A stretch of DNA of 64,000 nt from Eledone cirrhosa (lineage: Eukaryota), in contig OZ024741.1 of the NCBI GenBank assembly GCA_964016885.1, positions 382,912,001 through 382,976,000 on the forward strand, given 5' to 3'. Of the stretch, positions 25,210 to 39,480 are shown piece after piece (position 1 is the stretch's first letter; each line of letters starts with the position of its first letter). The notes beneath the pieces are model-generated. The model was not told the DNA's origin. It did not search any database and saw nothing but the letters and a program-made list of their open reading frames with translations. Made by a program: the position numbers and the translations under genes.

Positions 25210-26300
25210 ACACGGCTTCTTTGCCCTCCACAAAATCAACCCCAGGACCACGGATGGGTTCAGGAAAAATCTTTACACCTTCTTTAAAAACTTAGGCCTT
25301 AGGATTACCTTAGATTCGAACTTAACTAAAGCTAACTTCCAAGACGTTACCCTCGACTTAGAAACTTCCCTTTACTACCCGTACCACAAACCTAATGAAT
25401 CCCTTAGATATATAGACGTTAATTCTAACCACCCCCAAAATATATTAGACAACCTAGTGAAAAGTGTCTCCATTAGGATATCTAGCCTCGCCGCCAATGA
25501 AGATATCTTTAGAGCAGCGGCCCCCTATTACAACGAGGCCCTGGCCCGCAGCGGCTTTAGAGATAAGATCACCTACCTTAGTATAGCCCCACGCCCACCC
25601 AGGAAGAATAGGCGAAGGCACATTAGCTGGTACAACCCCCCCCCCCCTTCAACCGCGAAGTTTCAACACCTGTAGCTAAAATTTTCTTCACTCTCTTACA
25701 AAAACACTTCCCCACCCAACATAGGTACTGTACAATCCTTAATAGGAATACCATTAGACTCTCTTACTCTACCACACCTAATCTAGCTAGGAACTTAGCC
25801 AACAATAACATCAAGAAGCTAAATAAGTCTACTCTTTCCGAAGCCCATCCAGCAACCGATGGCAATTGCAATTGCCCTGATAAGACTACCTGCCCTCTCA
25901 ACAACAACTGTCTAAAAAAAGATCTCGTCTATATATGCGATGTACTCTCAGGTCCCGATGAAAAAAGAAACTCGTACATCGGGATGACTTCTAACAGTTT
26001 TAAGACTCGCTGGTACGCCCATACACATTCGTTCCGGCGCCCAGACAAATCTAACCAAACTACACTCGTCGCCCACATCTGGCACCTTAAAAGGAACTCC
26101 ATCCCCTTCAAGACCCAATGGAGACTACTCCAGAGAGCGCGATCCTACACGGGAGGCCATAATTGCTGTGACCTCTGTATCTCCGAGAGCTATGAGATTC
26201 TATTCGCCAAAGGCCCTCTCCTCAACAAGATCTCGGAACACTCCCCTAATTGCATGCACAAGAACTATGCAAATTACAAAAACTACAGACCCCCCCCGGC
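25210..26300 (+). pseudogene. PLE RT C-terminus + GIY-YIG (Naiad-like)
   Basis: NFQDVTLDL, PYHKPN, SNHP, AAPYYNEALARSGF, WYNPP, CNCPDKTTCPLNNNC, YIGMTSNSFKTRWYAH, CDLCISE. Confidence 0.9.
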
Positions 26301-26576
26301 CCCCCGACTGACCCCCCCATATCACCACCCCACCCCGTGCCCCATCCCAATTCCGTCCCTCCATCTCTCATTATTACCTTCTTTCCTCCCCTCTATCTCT
26401 CATTATTACTTTCTTTCCTCCCCTCCAGGTCTTATATATTGTGTTGTATGCCTATGAGTAAAGTTTCGTGGCCGCACACACAAATTCACGTATATACCTG
26501 CTCATGTTTGCATACGTGCAGTTATGAAATGCTGCACACACACGTTGGTGATTTATTTATCTATTTATCTGTATAT

Positions 26577-26611
<35 letters not shown>

Positions 26612-26649
26612 TGTAGTTACTTTATTTACTTATTTATTTATTTATCTAT

Positions 26650-26680
<31 letters not shown>

Positions 26681-27063
26681 CTTGTTTATTTGTTTATCTG
26701 TTTGTTTGTTTGTTAGTTAATTCATTCATTTATTTATTAATTAATGAGTGAATGATTAGGTAATGAATAGATAAAAGATAAAAGATAGGTAACGAATAGT
26801 GAATGGTAAATAGTAAATAATAAATAGTAATTAATTACTTGATGATAATATTAATAACTTAGTAGTGATATTAATTATTTTAATCCTCTATCAGGCCCAG
26901 TTTAGAATTTAAAATTTGTCCCACTACCTTTTCCATTATATTATAGACACATGTATGTGTGCGAACGAGTGCGTGTTTGTGCATATGCGTTTATGTGTAC
27001 TTATTTGTATGTATGTATGTGTATGTATGCGTGTGTGCTTGTATATGTGTATGTGTATGTGTG

Positions 27064-27139
<76 letters not shown>

Positions 27140-27501
27140 ATTATTTATATATGTATGTGTGTGTATGTGTGTATATGTATATATGTATATATGTGTGTAT
27201 GTATGTGTTTGTGTGTATGTGTATGTATGTGTATGTATGTATGTGTGTGCATATGTATGTATGTGTATGTATAGTATAGTTTATACCGAGAGACTTACAT
27301 ACATGTATATGTGTATATATGTATATGTATATATATATATATAGATATATATGTGTGTATACGCACGTGTGTATGTGTAGATATATATATGTGTGTGTAT
27401 GTGTATGCGTGTGTGTGTGTATATGTGTGTGTTTGTGTTTTTTCTTGTGTGTATATATATATATATATGTATATGTATGTGTGTGTGTGTGTGTGTATGT
27501 A

Positions 27502-27537
<36 letters not shown>

Positions 27538-28100
27538 GCACACGCATATGTGTATATATATCTATATCTATATATATATATATCTATATATATGTGTGTG
27601 TGTGTATAGGTACGCATATATATATATGTGTGTAAGTGTTTATGTATGTGGTTGTGAGTATGTAAATATATTTTATTCTTTCACTTCTACAAAAACACTC
27701 TGGCCACCTGTGGCTTGTATGTTAACTTGACCACTCACCTCAGTCTGTGCCATGATTCGGTCTATTACCAACCCACCTAAAAAAATGTCCCTACTATATA
27801 TCTATTGAATTACTATTCTTGGGGTTTTTCTTCATTTATTTTTTTATTTATTTTCTTTATTTATTTATTCAATTATCTATTTATTCATTTATTTATTTAT
27901 TTATTAATTTACTTATTTATTTATTTCAAAAAAGCACTCTGGCTAATTGACCACTCCCCAAAGAAAAAACGGCCTGTGCCGTGTTGTGGTCCTGTGTATC
28001 TAAATACCATCCTACCCCAAAAACAATCACCCCCCCCCCGCCACCACCCCTCCCTTACCACTACCTAAATGTATAAATACCAGAACTTAATATGACACCC

Positions 28101-28151
28101 AGCTTCCTGAAGATTTCATCTGAATGAAACAGTACTAGTCCTGTAGAAGCT
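28101..28151 (+). ncRNA. Type I hammerhead ribozyme (family C)
   Basis: agcttc CTGAAGA t TTCA tc TGAA t GAAACAG tactagtc CTGTA gaagct; 6-bp stem I; predicted cut after 28145. Confidence 0.9.
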
Positions 28152-28164
28152 CCTTCTATACAAT

Positions 28165-28231
<67 letters not shown>

Positions 28232-28235
<4 letters not shown>

Positions 28236-28699
28236 AAATAGTAGAAAAGAAAAATATTTTTCAGTAGAAAATGCTGAAGATATTCTTTCAGTGTAATATC
28301 AAAACATTTATTTATTTATAAAGAGGAATATTTCCGCATTTAATAATGGTACCTGGTTTCAGCATTATATACATTATCAGGTAGCTAGAAAGAAGGACAA
28401 ATACGGAAAGAGATAGAACTCTCCTTTCAAAATATGTATCTAAAAATTAATAATTTTTCTTCAACTTTTTTTTTTTTTTTTTGTATAAATATGGAACTTA
28501 ACCATATTATGCCTATCCGCAGTTGACAATGCATATAATGCTGAAACCGGTACCATTATTAAATGCGGAAATATTCTCTTTATTAATAAATATGTTTGAT
28601 ATTACACTGAAATAATCTCACCAGCATTTTCTACTGAAAAATATTTTTCCTTTCTACTATTTGTCTTTATATATATCAACTGGTGTTACTTCTCTATAT

Positions 28700-28700
<1 letters not shown>
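28232..28700. mobile_element. Head-to-head pLTR pair, family I, with two decayed HHRs (28347-28384 minus, 28519-28556 plus)
   Basis: 28232-28375 is inverted at 28527-28670; cores CTGATAA and TTGACAA..GAAAC(C)GGTA; stem I eroded. Confidence 0.7.
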
Positions 28701-28733
<33 letters not shown>

Positions 28734-30771
28734 ATATTACCTATAACAAGTTATCGTTATAGGTAATCCAGTTAGAGGTTGTGAGTACTCTGTATAGTGG
28801 ATAGTTTTAACGTACGGCTGTGTTTGACTCAACAAGATGTTTCCATATTTAGGTAGCGAATTAGCGAGAAATCCTATGCAGGTTATACTTGAAGCAATAA
28901 TATTGAAAGATTGAAAAATAACACGGTCAGCTGCACAACAAGCGGCTTTATTTCAAGTATTAACAATTGTTTCATTGATCACGTGAGTCTAAAGGCCGCT
29001 AATCACTCGAAGTTGCGTCACTCGACCTTAAATACAGTGTTTACCTCTGGTAAAATCCTCAGAATATATATATATTTATGTGTGTGTGTATGTGTGTGTG
29101 TGCGTGTGTGTATATGTGTGTGCATGCGTGTGTGTGTGTCTCTGTGTGTATGAATATATTTATATATTTAAACAACAGGTTAATCAATTACTGACTTCAG
29201 CCCAGACACCATTCCTGCTGTACCTCAATCCATTGTTTTCTCGATAGTGATTTTTACTTCATCCTAAACAAAGTATATGATATTTGTTATTTTGAATATA
29301 TATGATAAGTTCTAATAAATTTATTTTGAGCAACTACCAAGAAGGCTGCGAATCCTCTTAATTGAAAATTCTTAACTATATCTAGTAAGACATTTGAATT
29401 CTAAGTTATATATTGTAAGACATTTAAATTCAAGAACCTGCATGCCGTATACAAATGTTGCTGATAATAAAATCATTTACACACGTTTAGTGTGTATATA
29501 TATATATAGGTATATGTGTGTATCTGTGTCTGTGTAATCTAAACAAAAAGTATGCTATGTTATAAAAAATATATTTACAAGTAAAAAAAATACGATATAG
29601 TATTATGATTAAATTGAATTATATATTAGGATGAAAATTTGAAAAATGATTGCATTCAAGCGAGTCAATAACATTAGGTTTGTAAACAAATAAGGTCGAA
29701 TGAGCCAAACAGGATTAGAATATTATATTGTTTTAATACACGTATATATTTTGTAGTGAAAGAGATTATCATTCTGCGTTCTACTTTCAAATTCGATTGA
29801 TGGTGTTAACGCCAATATATTGGTTTTAGTGGACTCCGAAAAAATCCTACCATAATGATTTTATTACGAAATGAATTTTCACAGTTTACTTTTCTTAAAA
29901 ATAAGTCTGGACAGCAAATTTAATTAAATGATGCTTGACTTGATGTTTGTTCTAATTCATATAAACACACTGTAATATTTAGATTGTAATTTTAGTATGC
30001 AACATATCTTTCAAATTTTAAAATTGTTTCTATGAAAGATCATGCTCACGAATGTAGAAATGATAAGTTAGTAGTTGTTGTTGTTTTCTTTTAGTTGTTG
30101 TTTTGTTGGTAATGTTGTTGTTGTTGTTCTCCTTCTTCGTCTTCTTCTGTCTCTTGCAATTGTTATCTACGCCACGATAAACGAGAGTTGGTACGATCAA
30201 GGGGTTTCCAGTCATGTCCTTGGAGAGTGACAATGTCGAAAATAGAGAGTAAACGAAACCCAACTAAATGAAACCAATAATCTAATCTCATACTATGTAT
30301 TTGATGACAATCCCTATCTCTGCTAAATGGAATATTATAATCCTAATTGGAAATATTCAGAAATTGGAAATGAAATTTGGCATGTATGTCTACATATTTA
30401 TTCTAAGCACACCTAACGAATGCATCTATAATATTCAGAATACATAACTCAAAAATCTATTTAGTATATTTTTTATTGTTATTATCGTTGGTTGTTTTAA
30501 CTAGCATTAGTAAGCAGACAATAAAGGATATTTCGAAATATATATTCATTATTCCTTCGATACTTGAATTTAAATTGAAATATATCGATTGCAGCATGTG
30601 CGGTATTTTAGGAATATTATTCAATTGTGATGTCAAAAAATTATGTAAAATGACGTCAGATGAAATTATACCACTCCATAAAAAATAATTAATAATAACT
30701 GAAATATATATTTTGAGGATTTGAAAGTGAAACCAATTGATTTAGTCAGTCTTTATATACAAGGATAAATG

Positions 30772-30836
<65 letters not shown>

Positions 30837-30851
30837 ATGTGTGTGTGTATG

Positions 30852-30894
<43 letters not shown>

Positions 30895-31026
30895 AGAGTA
30901 ATCTTGGCTGTAATTTTTAGTAGTATTATGAGACACGCTTGGTTCTCATGTCATATGCGTTATTTTATATATGCAAACTATTCAGTCTTCTGAGATACTT
31001 AGAAGTGAAGGCTTTACTAATGTTAC

Positions 31027-31101
31027 ACCCATGATGAGCAAATTAATTGGTAATTCTCTTCACTAAATTTGCGAAACACCATTATCAAAAGCTGTCTGGG
31101 T
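31027..31101 (+). ncRNA. Hammerhead ribozyme lacking C3, in a (TA)-flanked unit 30890-31268
   Basis: accca TGATGA GCAAATT..AATTTGC GAAACA..TGTC tgggt. Confidence 0.65.
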
Positions 31102-31303
31102 TTCTGGCAGCTTCACCAATATCGGTTTGTATTTATTTTCTTGATTTATTCATTTAAATTGAGTCTGGAAAACCCAATTGTTCATAGTTAGTATGCTTTT
31201 CTCCCTAGCGAATCTGGTCCTTTACGATTTGGGCACATATATGTATATATCTGTGTTTATCTCTCATTTATATTCAATTTTATATATATATATATATATA
31301 TAT

Positions 31304-31491
31304 AATTATTTCTACTATTGGCACAAGGCCAGCAATTACCCAGTACATTACTGGTACTTTATTTTATCGACCCCGTAAGGATGAAAGGCAAAGTCAACCT
31401 CGGCGGGATTTGAACTCAGATCGTAAAGGGACGTAACTATGCTGGAAAGCATGGCGTCCGACCCTCTACCGATACTGCCAATCCACCGCCC
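31304..31491 (-). mobile_element. SINE family 1, full length
   Basis: Same head and core as the other copies. Confidence 0.9.
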
Positions 31492-32479
31492 TTATATATA
31501 TATATATAATAAAAGTATGTAAGAAATAATAAATAATAATAAAAGTATGTAAGAAATACATATAGGGATACAAGTTTTGTCCAACTGTATGCCAATGTGG
31601 TTCTATGGCATGTTAATAAATTAACAAGCCAGAACATATAAAATCAAGGTTTAGCAAATAGAGAAAAAGTTTTAAAATGAATTTTAAAAAGTTCGCTGTA
31701 CTTACTATATGTGACTTTACCGCGGTTTCCAATCCCAAAATAAACAGATAATCCAAGCAGATTTCCATTGAGAAAGAGATTTTCGTCGGAAGGCTTTTCT
31801 CACTCGGAGAATATAAAATACTCGAGTTCAAATCACATTTGTTCTTCATATACATTCTTTCCGTCAATCGTTTGCCAGCATTATTCTATTCCTAAAATGT
31901 TAATACTAGCTTATCAGTAGCTGATGTGTTGTCTGTCGTCTTATGATGAGGAACAAAAAGAAAACAAAATTACCACAGGGTAACATATGTAGCTAGCCTC
32001 CCTCGGTTTGAATGGGGAATTATATATTTTTATTTTATTTTACAAAGCTCTTAAAACAAGCCGAATTGTTAACATTTTCGACATGGAAATTTGTTCATTA
32101 TCCATCAAATTGTGTCTGTACATGTTCTCGTTACAACACAGAAACTTAAATAGAAAGACAGAGGCATGTGTCACATATGCCCGAATGTTTGCCCTTTGAC
32201 AATACATAAATATGTATATATATAAACATACATATATACCGATAAATCCAGAAAGAATTGAGAAAATTTGTAATATATATATATGGATTAAATTCATTTA
32301 ATATATCTTAATTTTGGATATATATAGATAGATATTTATTTAGGTGTGAAGGTTCACCACTGGAGAGAGTTGGTCATTCCGTATGGTCAATCTTGATGTA
32401 ATAATATGGAGAGTACTCAACGTAAAGCAGCTCAACCGTCTTCGTTTCTGTAGTTGGTGGTGCGAGTACGGGGTTAATT

Positions 32480-32760
32480 ATCATAATAAAATAACAGGAG
32501 GCTGGACTTGTGTAAATCCTTGAAAGTGTTATTATACTATGATCATTTCAATGACCGGGTTCCGTATAAATCCGATGATATCATCAGGTATTCGAAATCT
32601 AATAAATGAATGTAACAGATAAAATCCATGTGGCTGAAAATCATAGACCCGAGGACGACCGACGATCTAGCATCTTCCAGTTTAGCCGGTCTCCTTCAAG
32701 TGCGTATAATATATCTTTCAAGGATTTACACAAGTCCAGCCTCCTGTTATTTTATTATAA
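32480..32760. repeat. Inverted repeat with arms of about 57 bp, probable PLE pLTR inversion
   Basis: 32480-32537 pairs with 32703-32760. Confidence 0.7.
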
Positions 32761-32766
32761 TATTAT

Positions 32767-32940
32767 AGTATCGGTAGAGGGTCGGACGCCATGCTTTCCA
32801 GCATAGTTACGTCTCTTTACGATCTGAGTTCAAATCCCGCCGAGGTTGACTTTGCCTTTCATCCTTACGGGGTCGATAAAATAAAGTACCAGTAATGCAA
32901 TATTTAATTGCTGGCCTTGTGCCTAAGTAGAAACAGTTAT
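32767..32940 (+). mobile_element. SINE family 1
   Basis: Head plus core. Confidence 0.88.
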
Positions 32941-32994
32941 TTTATTATAATATTATATATATTTTGATTTTATATTACATATATATATATATAA

Positions 32995-33189
32995 TATAAA
33001 ATCAAAATATGGTTAAAATAGTTCCATGTATTTTATTATGCGCATTTCAAAAACAAATATCATCACGGGATGATATTTGCGTTCTCATCAGATAAAAATA
33101 TGGAGACATGATATGAAGCTTAAAAAACACTTGCGAGCAGTGAAGTGTTAAATCAACATACTTATCCGATATTTGCATTGGTTCATCTC

Positions 33190-33193
<4 letters not shown>
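32995..33193 (-). mobile_element. pLTR-only mini-element, family A, with HHR at 33031-33097
   Basis: ttttat CTGATGA..GAAAT gcgc ATA ataaaa; short forward tail; (TA)n flanks. Confidence 0.8.
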
Positions 33194-33248
<55 letters not shown>

Positions 33249-33365
33249 ATAATAATAATATATATATAGTGGTGGAACACTGGAAGGTAGTATCCGTAGT
33301 GGTAGAGCACTCAGTCCAAGGGACGAGTTAGGTAGAAGTGGTTACACAACAGTTAGTTCACCATA

Positions 33366-33405
33366 CCGAGAACAATTGTTTCACCTTAGCGGATCTTCAG
33401 CTCGG
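33366..33405 (-). ncRNA. Minimal hammerhead ribozyme (family E), in unit 33268-33462
   Basis: ccgag CTGAAGA t CC gctaa GG t GAAAC aatt GTT ctcgg; palindrome AACAATTGTT. Confidence 0.85.
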
Positions 33406-33746
33406 AACGGGCATGGTTATAGAAACAGGAAGGTACGAACGCGCATGCGCAGAAACCCGGTAACTATATATATATATATATAAATGTATGTATAGTATAT
33501 TTGGAAATATACTGTATATTTAATTAAGAAGACCATTCGCTATGACTTTTAAAGTAGTGACTACGTCATTTACTTATTTTCGGCGTGTGTGTGCGATCGT
33601 ATGTCAGTATAGGATAAGTATATAAACAGATATATGTATGGTTACTTATAACTCTATAGTTACACCAGTGATTAGGAATTATCGATTTCGTTATTAAAGG
33701 CACAACTACTTTTGTTGTATAGTGTGTTTGTATTAAAAATCATACC

Positions 33747-33788
<42 letters not shown>

Positions 33789-34175
33789 GTGGTGTCTGTC
33801 GCATGATGCTTTACTTGTTGTCCTACTATATACACCATGTGTGATATTTAGTTACCTAAATTATCTCTAAGTGTGATGTTCATATAATCCTTACTCCTGT
33901 AGAAGAACCCTAGGATTATGTGACACAGACACGAATTTTCGGTGAAACAAACTGTATCTGTTGTTTGTCCAGGAGTTTAATAGTTATTGAAAGGGTTAGT
34001 ACCTTTTATTTCATTTTTTCCGGTTAATGTGTATTTTCCCTTTATTCATAGATTATATACATTGCACCAAAGTCGTTTTCAACCCATGTGATTCGAAACA
34101 CACTTCTTTGTGTGTTTATATATATATATAGTGACGAAACATAAGTCAATTGCATGAACTCATAATCCTTTATTT

Positions 34176-34231
34176 ACTGGTATATATATTTCGATGATAG
34201 CCATTGAATGGCTCTGACCTCATCAGGCAGT
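34176..34231 (-). ncRNA. Hammerhead ribozyme
   Basis: actgc CTGATGA ggtcagagccat tca atggctatcatc GAAAT atat ATA ccagt. Confidence 0.75.
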
Positions 34232-34319
34232 TAGTCAGTTCTTAGATATGCCAGCTCTGTGTTTATAGTGTTGATGGTATCAGAGCCTTGGGACATATAT
34301 ATATCCGCAATTCCGTAAT

Positions 34320-35687
34320 CTACTCAGATCTAATGGTTATCCCAAGCGACTGATTAACGGAATTAGAGACCCTAGACCCAGTAGACTGACACCCACTAGA
34401 AAACTTAATATTAGCAGGTGCTTCTTTAAAATCCCCCACCTGAGTGAATATACCACGAACGCCATCCGCAGGGCCATACGGACGGAGGGACTTGACAAAC
34501 ATTTGGCCCACACAGGACCTTCGCTGCGAAGATGCCTCTCCAACAAACCCTACGAGGCAGATGGGACGTGTTCCCTCAGCAACTGCCCGATACGTGGGGC
34601 AGATTGCCTACGCACCTATGTCGTATATAAGATTCAATGCGATAAATGTAACAAGTTTTACATAGGTAGCACCATCCGACCCCTACATGTTCGTATCAAG
34701 GAACATATCAACACCAACGCATCTTCCTTCCGTAAACATATCCTTAAATGCGGAAACCCACAGGGTAGACCCTTGGTCACAGTCCTAGCGACTGAACGCA
34801 GCATCGGATCCTTAAGGATAAAGGAAGCACTTGTTATTAAGAACCTCAGACCCCCACTTAACAACCGGGCTGAGAGAAATGAGCTGACATGGCTAACTTA
34901 ACCATAATGACCATTCACAGCCTACGGCCTGCTATCTTCACACACACGCACGTATATGCATACCCATACGCATACACACACACATCTATATTTATACACG
35001 CACACATGTTTTTACAACCTACCACCTTTCACACCCTTTGATTTCCAGCTTCTACAGCCCACTATCTTTCACACACAAACGCACTCACACATATATACAC
35101 ACACAGTTACACACACATGTATACCCATACGCTTACACACACACATCTATATTTATACACGCACACATATTTTACAACCTACCACCTTTCACACCCTTTG
35201 ATTTCCAACTACAGCCCACTATCTTTCACACACACTCACACTCACACATATACACACTTACACTTATACACACACAGTTACACACACATATATATTTACA
35301 TACACATATCTTACGGCTTTCACACGCTAACGCACCCTCTTGATTTAACCCATTTGGTCAGTAGCTTTTGCCACAGCCTATCTCGCGCACGCGCATTCTT
35401 TCCCTCGTTTAAATTTCAAATATTTTTCTCCCCATAACGGCATTCCTGTCTTAACGACATCACAACTTTCTCCGCTTGGCCTGTTTTCCCCCTTTTGGAA
35501 CTTTTCCCCCGTTGATGGGCGTGAGCCCGAAATATTGGGATTAAATCTCTACTACGGTAACCCTTCTACCTTTGTTTTGTTTTCATCTTTGTCTCTCTCA
35601 ATTTTCACTTTCACCTGTTTTTCCTATCCATATTTCACTTCCTACCTCGAGATTTCCCTTTGCATTGTTGTGGCTTTCTTAAATACG

Positions 35688-35690
<3 letters not shown>
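34320..35690 (+). mobile_element. PLE 3' fragment (GIY-YIG, non-Naiad; clade unresolved) with degenerate HHR at 35505-35540
   Basis: LRSNGYP at 34322; ORF 34503-34901 CSLSNCP..CLRTYVVYKIQCDKCNKFYIGSTIRPLHVRIKEH..EALVIKNLRPPLN; tccc CCGTTGA tGGGC gtga GCCC GAAA TA TT ggga. Confidence 0.85.
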
Positions 35691-35725
<35 letters not shown>

Positions 35726-35727
<2 letters not shown>

Positions 35728-35790
35728 ACCCGTAACTCTATGCTGCAAAGCATGGCATCCGACGCTCTACCGATTCTGTCATTCCACATA
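35726..35790 (-). mobile_element. SINE family 1 head fragment
   Basis: CCGTAACTCTATGCTGCAAAGCATGGCATCCGACGCTCTACCGAT. Confidence 0.7.
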
Positions 35791-35900
35791 ATGACCTATT
35801 ATTTCTCTCTGTTATTTCTCTCTCTCTATCTCTCTCTCTCTATATATATATATATATGCACCGCCTACAAAATGACAGAAAACGCATGCAAATTATATAC

Positions 35901-36017
35901 GAAAGAAGAAGAAGAAGAAGAAGAAGAAGAAGAAGAAGAAGAAGAAGAAGAAGAAGAAGAAGAAGAAGAAGAAGAAGAAGAAGAAGAAGAAGAAGAAGAA
36001 GAAGAAGAAGAAGAAGA
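35901..36017. repeat. (GAA)n microsatellite
   Basis: Uninterrupted GAA run of about 115 bp. Confidence 0.98.
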
Positions 36018-36736
36018 AAATTAAATATACGGGATAAAAATTGACAAATAAAATGTGGATCAGTTAGAAGTGAAAACACTGGACAGGAAATTAAGGAGAA
36101 GCGGATGAAAATATAGTTGAAATAAGTTAATGAGAGCAGGTGTCAGAAGCCGGCTAAGTTAATTCATGCTGTTTGTGTTTTGTGTCCCACTGTGCTGATT
36201 AAGATTAAATATGCATAATAAATTCAGACTACATTAACCCTTTTCATCCATCATCCATCACTCCTGGCATTGCAGCATATTGGCATTGCAGCAGAGAGGG
36301 AGAGAAAAGGCCTGTCAACCATATAACCCAACCTTCATCTATACCCTCCGCCCCCATCCTCTCTATCTATCTATCTCTTTCTCACTCCTTCTTTAATGTC
36401 ATCTATCTCTCTAGCTATCTCTCCCTCCATTGTTTTCTTTCTTCTATTGTTTCTCTGCTAATTCTTGTTATAGTCATCGCGCGAACGAAAGAGTAACATA
36501 AACTGGTAGCACTTGTCGGTGGTCGTTCAAGACTAGAGTATGTCAAACCTAATGATATTCCTGTATTGGTTTATAATATCTACATTAATGTGATATGTAG
36601 ATGGTTAGATATACCTATTATCATGCCTAATAACACAGTCTCATACAAGTGGACAAGAATTATATTTGGCACAATGATAATTATTTGGAGATATGTCATT
36701 GTTTAATGACAAATTAATGTAATTGAACGCCCAAAT

Positions 36737-36737
<1 letters not shown>

Positions 36738-36802
<65 letters not shown>

Positions 36803-36810
36803 TGATATAT

Positions 36811-36903
<93 letters not shown>

Positions 36904-36904
36904 A

Positions 36905-36994
<90 letters not shown>
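36738..36994. repeat. Compound (TA)n-(GA)n microsatellite
   Basis: Direct reading. Confidence 0.97.
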
Positions 36995-36997
<3 letters not shown>

Positions 36998-39366
36998 ACG
37001 TACGTGTGAGTGTATGTACGTATGTGTGTATATGAATGTTCAGAAAGATACATATGTATTTACCCTCCTGAAACGGAGGTCAGAAAATGTTGAAAAAGAC
37101 TGGTATAATTATATAAAAGGTGAGGAATCGATATTTCTCATTAGAGATAATTGTTAATTATACGAGGTGTAGAAATAGCGGTATTGATATTAGTTGTTGT
37201 ATATTGACTGTGGAGAGGCAGCTCGTATTGGTGCTTTTATTTGTTCGCCACGGATCACATCTCATGCAGGCATATTACCCAAAATATTTCCTGCTGAATC
37301 TATCTTCTTTTTATGTCATATCTAGTACTCGGATATAAATAGCTACATTGTAAAAGGCGCACTCAATTTTTTAACGCGGTAGCCTATTGTATTTCAAATT
37401 ATAGTGGTGTTGAATTTTAGAAGGTATTAGTGAGTGTAGACTGGTCAGGCTTTTAACATTGTTACTTCTTCAATCTATTCAAAGTGTCAGAAAGTGTTAA
37501 ATAGAAAGAAACAGTCCCGGCTTTACTAAGTAAAACAATTTGTTTTATAGTGTTTATTCGTCTTCTAATATAACGTTATACATTTCAGAATATGTTAAAA
37601 TTACATGCCAAACACCACATTAATTATGAGAAAGATAATTTCATTGCTAAATACTCCAATGTTCTTTCTAATTATCAAATTATTTTGTAAATTATTGACA
37701 GTGTCTTTCATTAGAAATAAGGTAATGTAAGGAGCAACTCCCATGAATAATATCACAATATTCCATATTCGTATAGCAGAAGCAACAAATCGTGACATTT
37801 GGATTGCTCTTTATATGTATAGAATTATACGTTCAAGTCGATTGTTATTGTCATAGTATTTAATGTTATTTATTCCACTAACTTAATCCATATCAGAGTT
37901 CAGTGAATTTCCAGAAGCATCAATAAATTATCAGATTTTCAGTGAATACCAAGAAGAATCCATCGAGTGATTTATGTAATACTTTCACTCAGATAATTCT
38001 AGAATTGCACTGAATAGAATGTAACCCTTTATATTAGTTGGCAGACAAATGAAAGCTTTAAAGATAGCTATGCATATCACACTACACAGAAAATTTCAAA
38101 TCAAGCCAATGAAATATTATCAGCTTAAACAACAGAATACAAAAGTATCTCTGAATATTTCTGTTAGTCTGTTTTTCTCTATGTAAGTACATACAATGAT
38201 ATGTCAAATAAATTTATAACTTTTAGTTCCTGTAAACAATATGTTGGAAACAACGTTTGCATGAATATAATTACGGTAACAATCCTAATAAATTCTCTTA
38301 ATTTAAGGAGGAGAAAACTCTAGATTTTTAGTTTATCTCCTGGAACAAAATGAAAACCTAATTTCCCTGAATTATTTTCTGCCAAACATGAAACACAACG
38401 TATTCTCGAGCAATGGAAAGTAAAAAATGTAATACGGGAAGATGAGGCTAGGAATTTTTAACATAGGGTATCACAATAAGGGATATCATTGATCTAAACG
38501 GCCACAGAAATTCTATTTCATGAAATTTTATTTTGAAAAAACTGAAGTCAATTGCATTCTATCGACAGGTGGCTTACATTAAATCCCTTATAGCTTCAAC
38601 TCATGAATAACACAAGGCCTATTTAGCATACGTTTCATGTTATACGTTATAACTCTAAAATTTCGCGATAAACTATATATTGAAGACACATAAGAAACCC
38701 TAGTGACAAGATTCAAAGGAATATTTTTCATTCCTTTTGTTGATATCTAATCAACTCAAATATGTGTAAATTTATTCATATTATTCTATATGATGAATTG
38801 CAAGGGATCGAAACTTCAAACATTTTACTCCTCGGGGCAATTTATGAATTCGTTCAGATTATTTTTCCCAGCGTAAAATCCCCCAGTTTCCCCAGATATT
38901 GTATGAGTTAGTTTCAATTCAATGGCAATCCGATAATATAAGAATATTATTTGACTTCTAATTTCGTCAGAAGCACGAATTTCATAGTTTAAACAAGGCA
39001 ATGCTCAATGTGTAACGTATGTTTCTAGGAGAGCTATAATAACCATTACAAAGATTTGCAGCGTGCAATGAATTATCTCTTTTGAAGAATATAGATCGTT
39101 CAGGCTAGAGTAGTATGAAATGAAATATTTAGAGTACAGAAATATACAATAATTTTACACACTCATTCACACACACGCACAGATATTTTTGCATCGACAA
39201 ATTGTACGACCGCTTTAAAGAATATATTCAAATAAATGAGTTTAATGCAATCACTTAATATACATATATATGTAATGTCCTATATTACTGCCCATTTCAA
39301 ACTCGCACACACATACATCATATTCACTCATACACATACGGACGCACATATGTACTCTCTCTGTCG

Positions 39367-39369
<3 letters not shown>

Positions 39370-39461
<92 letters not shown>

Positions 39462-39480
39462 TCTCGCCCTCCCTCTCTCT
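39370..39480. repeat. (CT)n microsatellite
   Basis: Direct reading. Confidence 0.97.

Larger units (their letters stand above)
25046..28168 (+). mobile_element. Naiad-like Penelope element, 5'-truncated (family C)
   Basis: Inverted pLTR-like head 25046-25208; RT thumb plus GIY-YIG 25210-26300; long microsatellite-rich 3' UTR; HHR at the 3' end; (TA)n flanks. Confidence 0.88.

Noticed and set aside
32545-32595. Possible minus-strand HHR (CTGATGA..GGAACCCGGTC)
   Set aside because: GAAA mutated and stems I and II poor; not counted.
35740-36079. Poly-E / poly-R / poly-L ORFs
   Set aside because: A (GAA)n run read in different frames.
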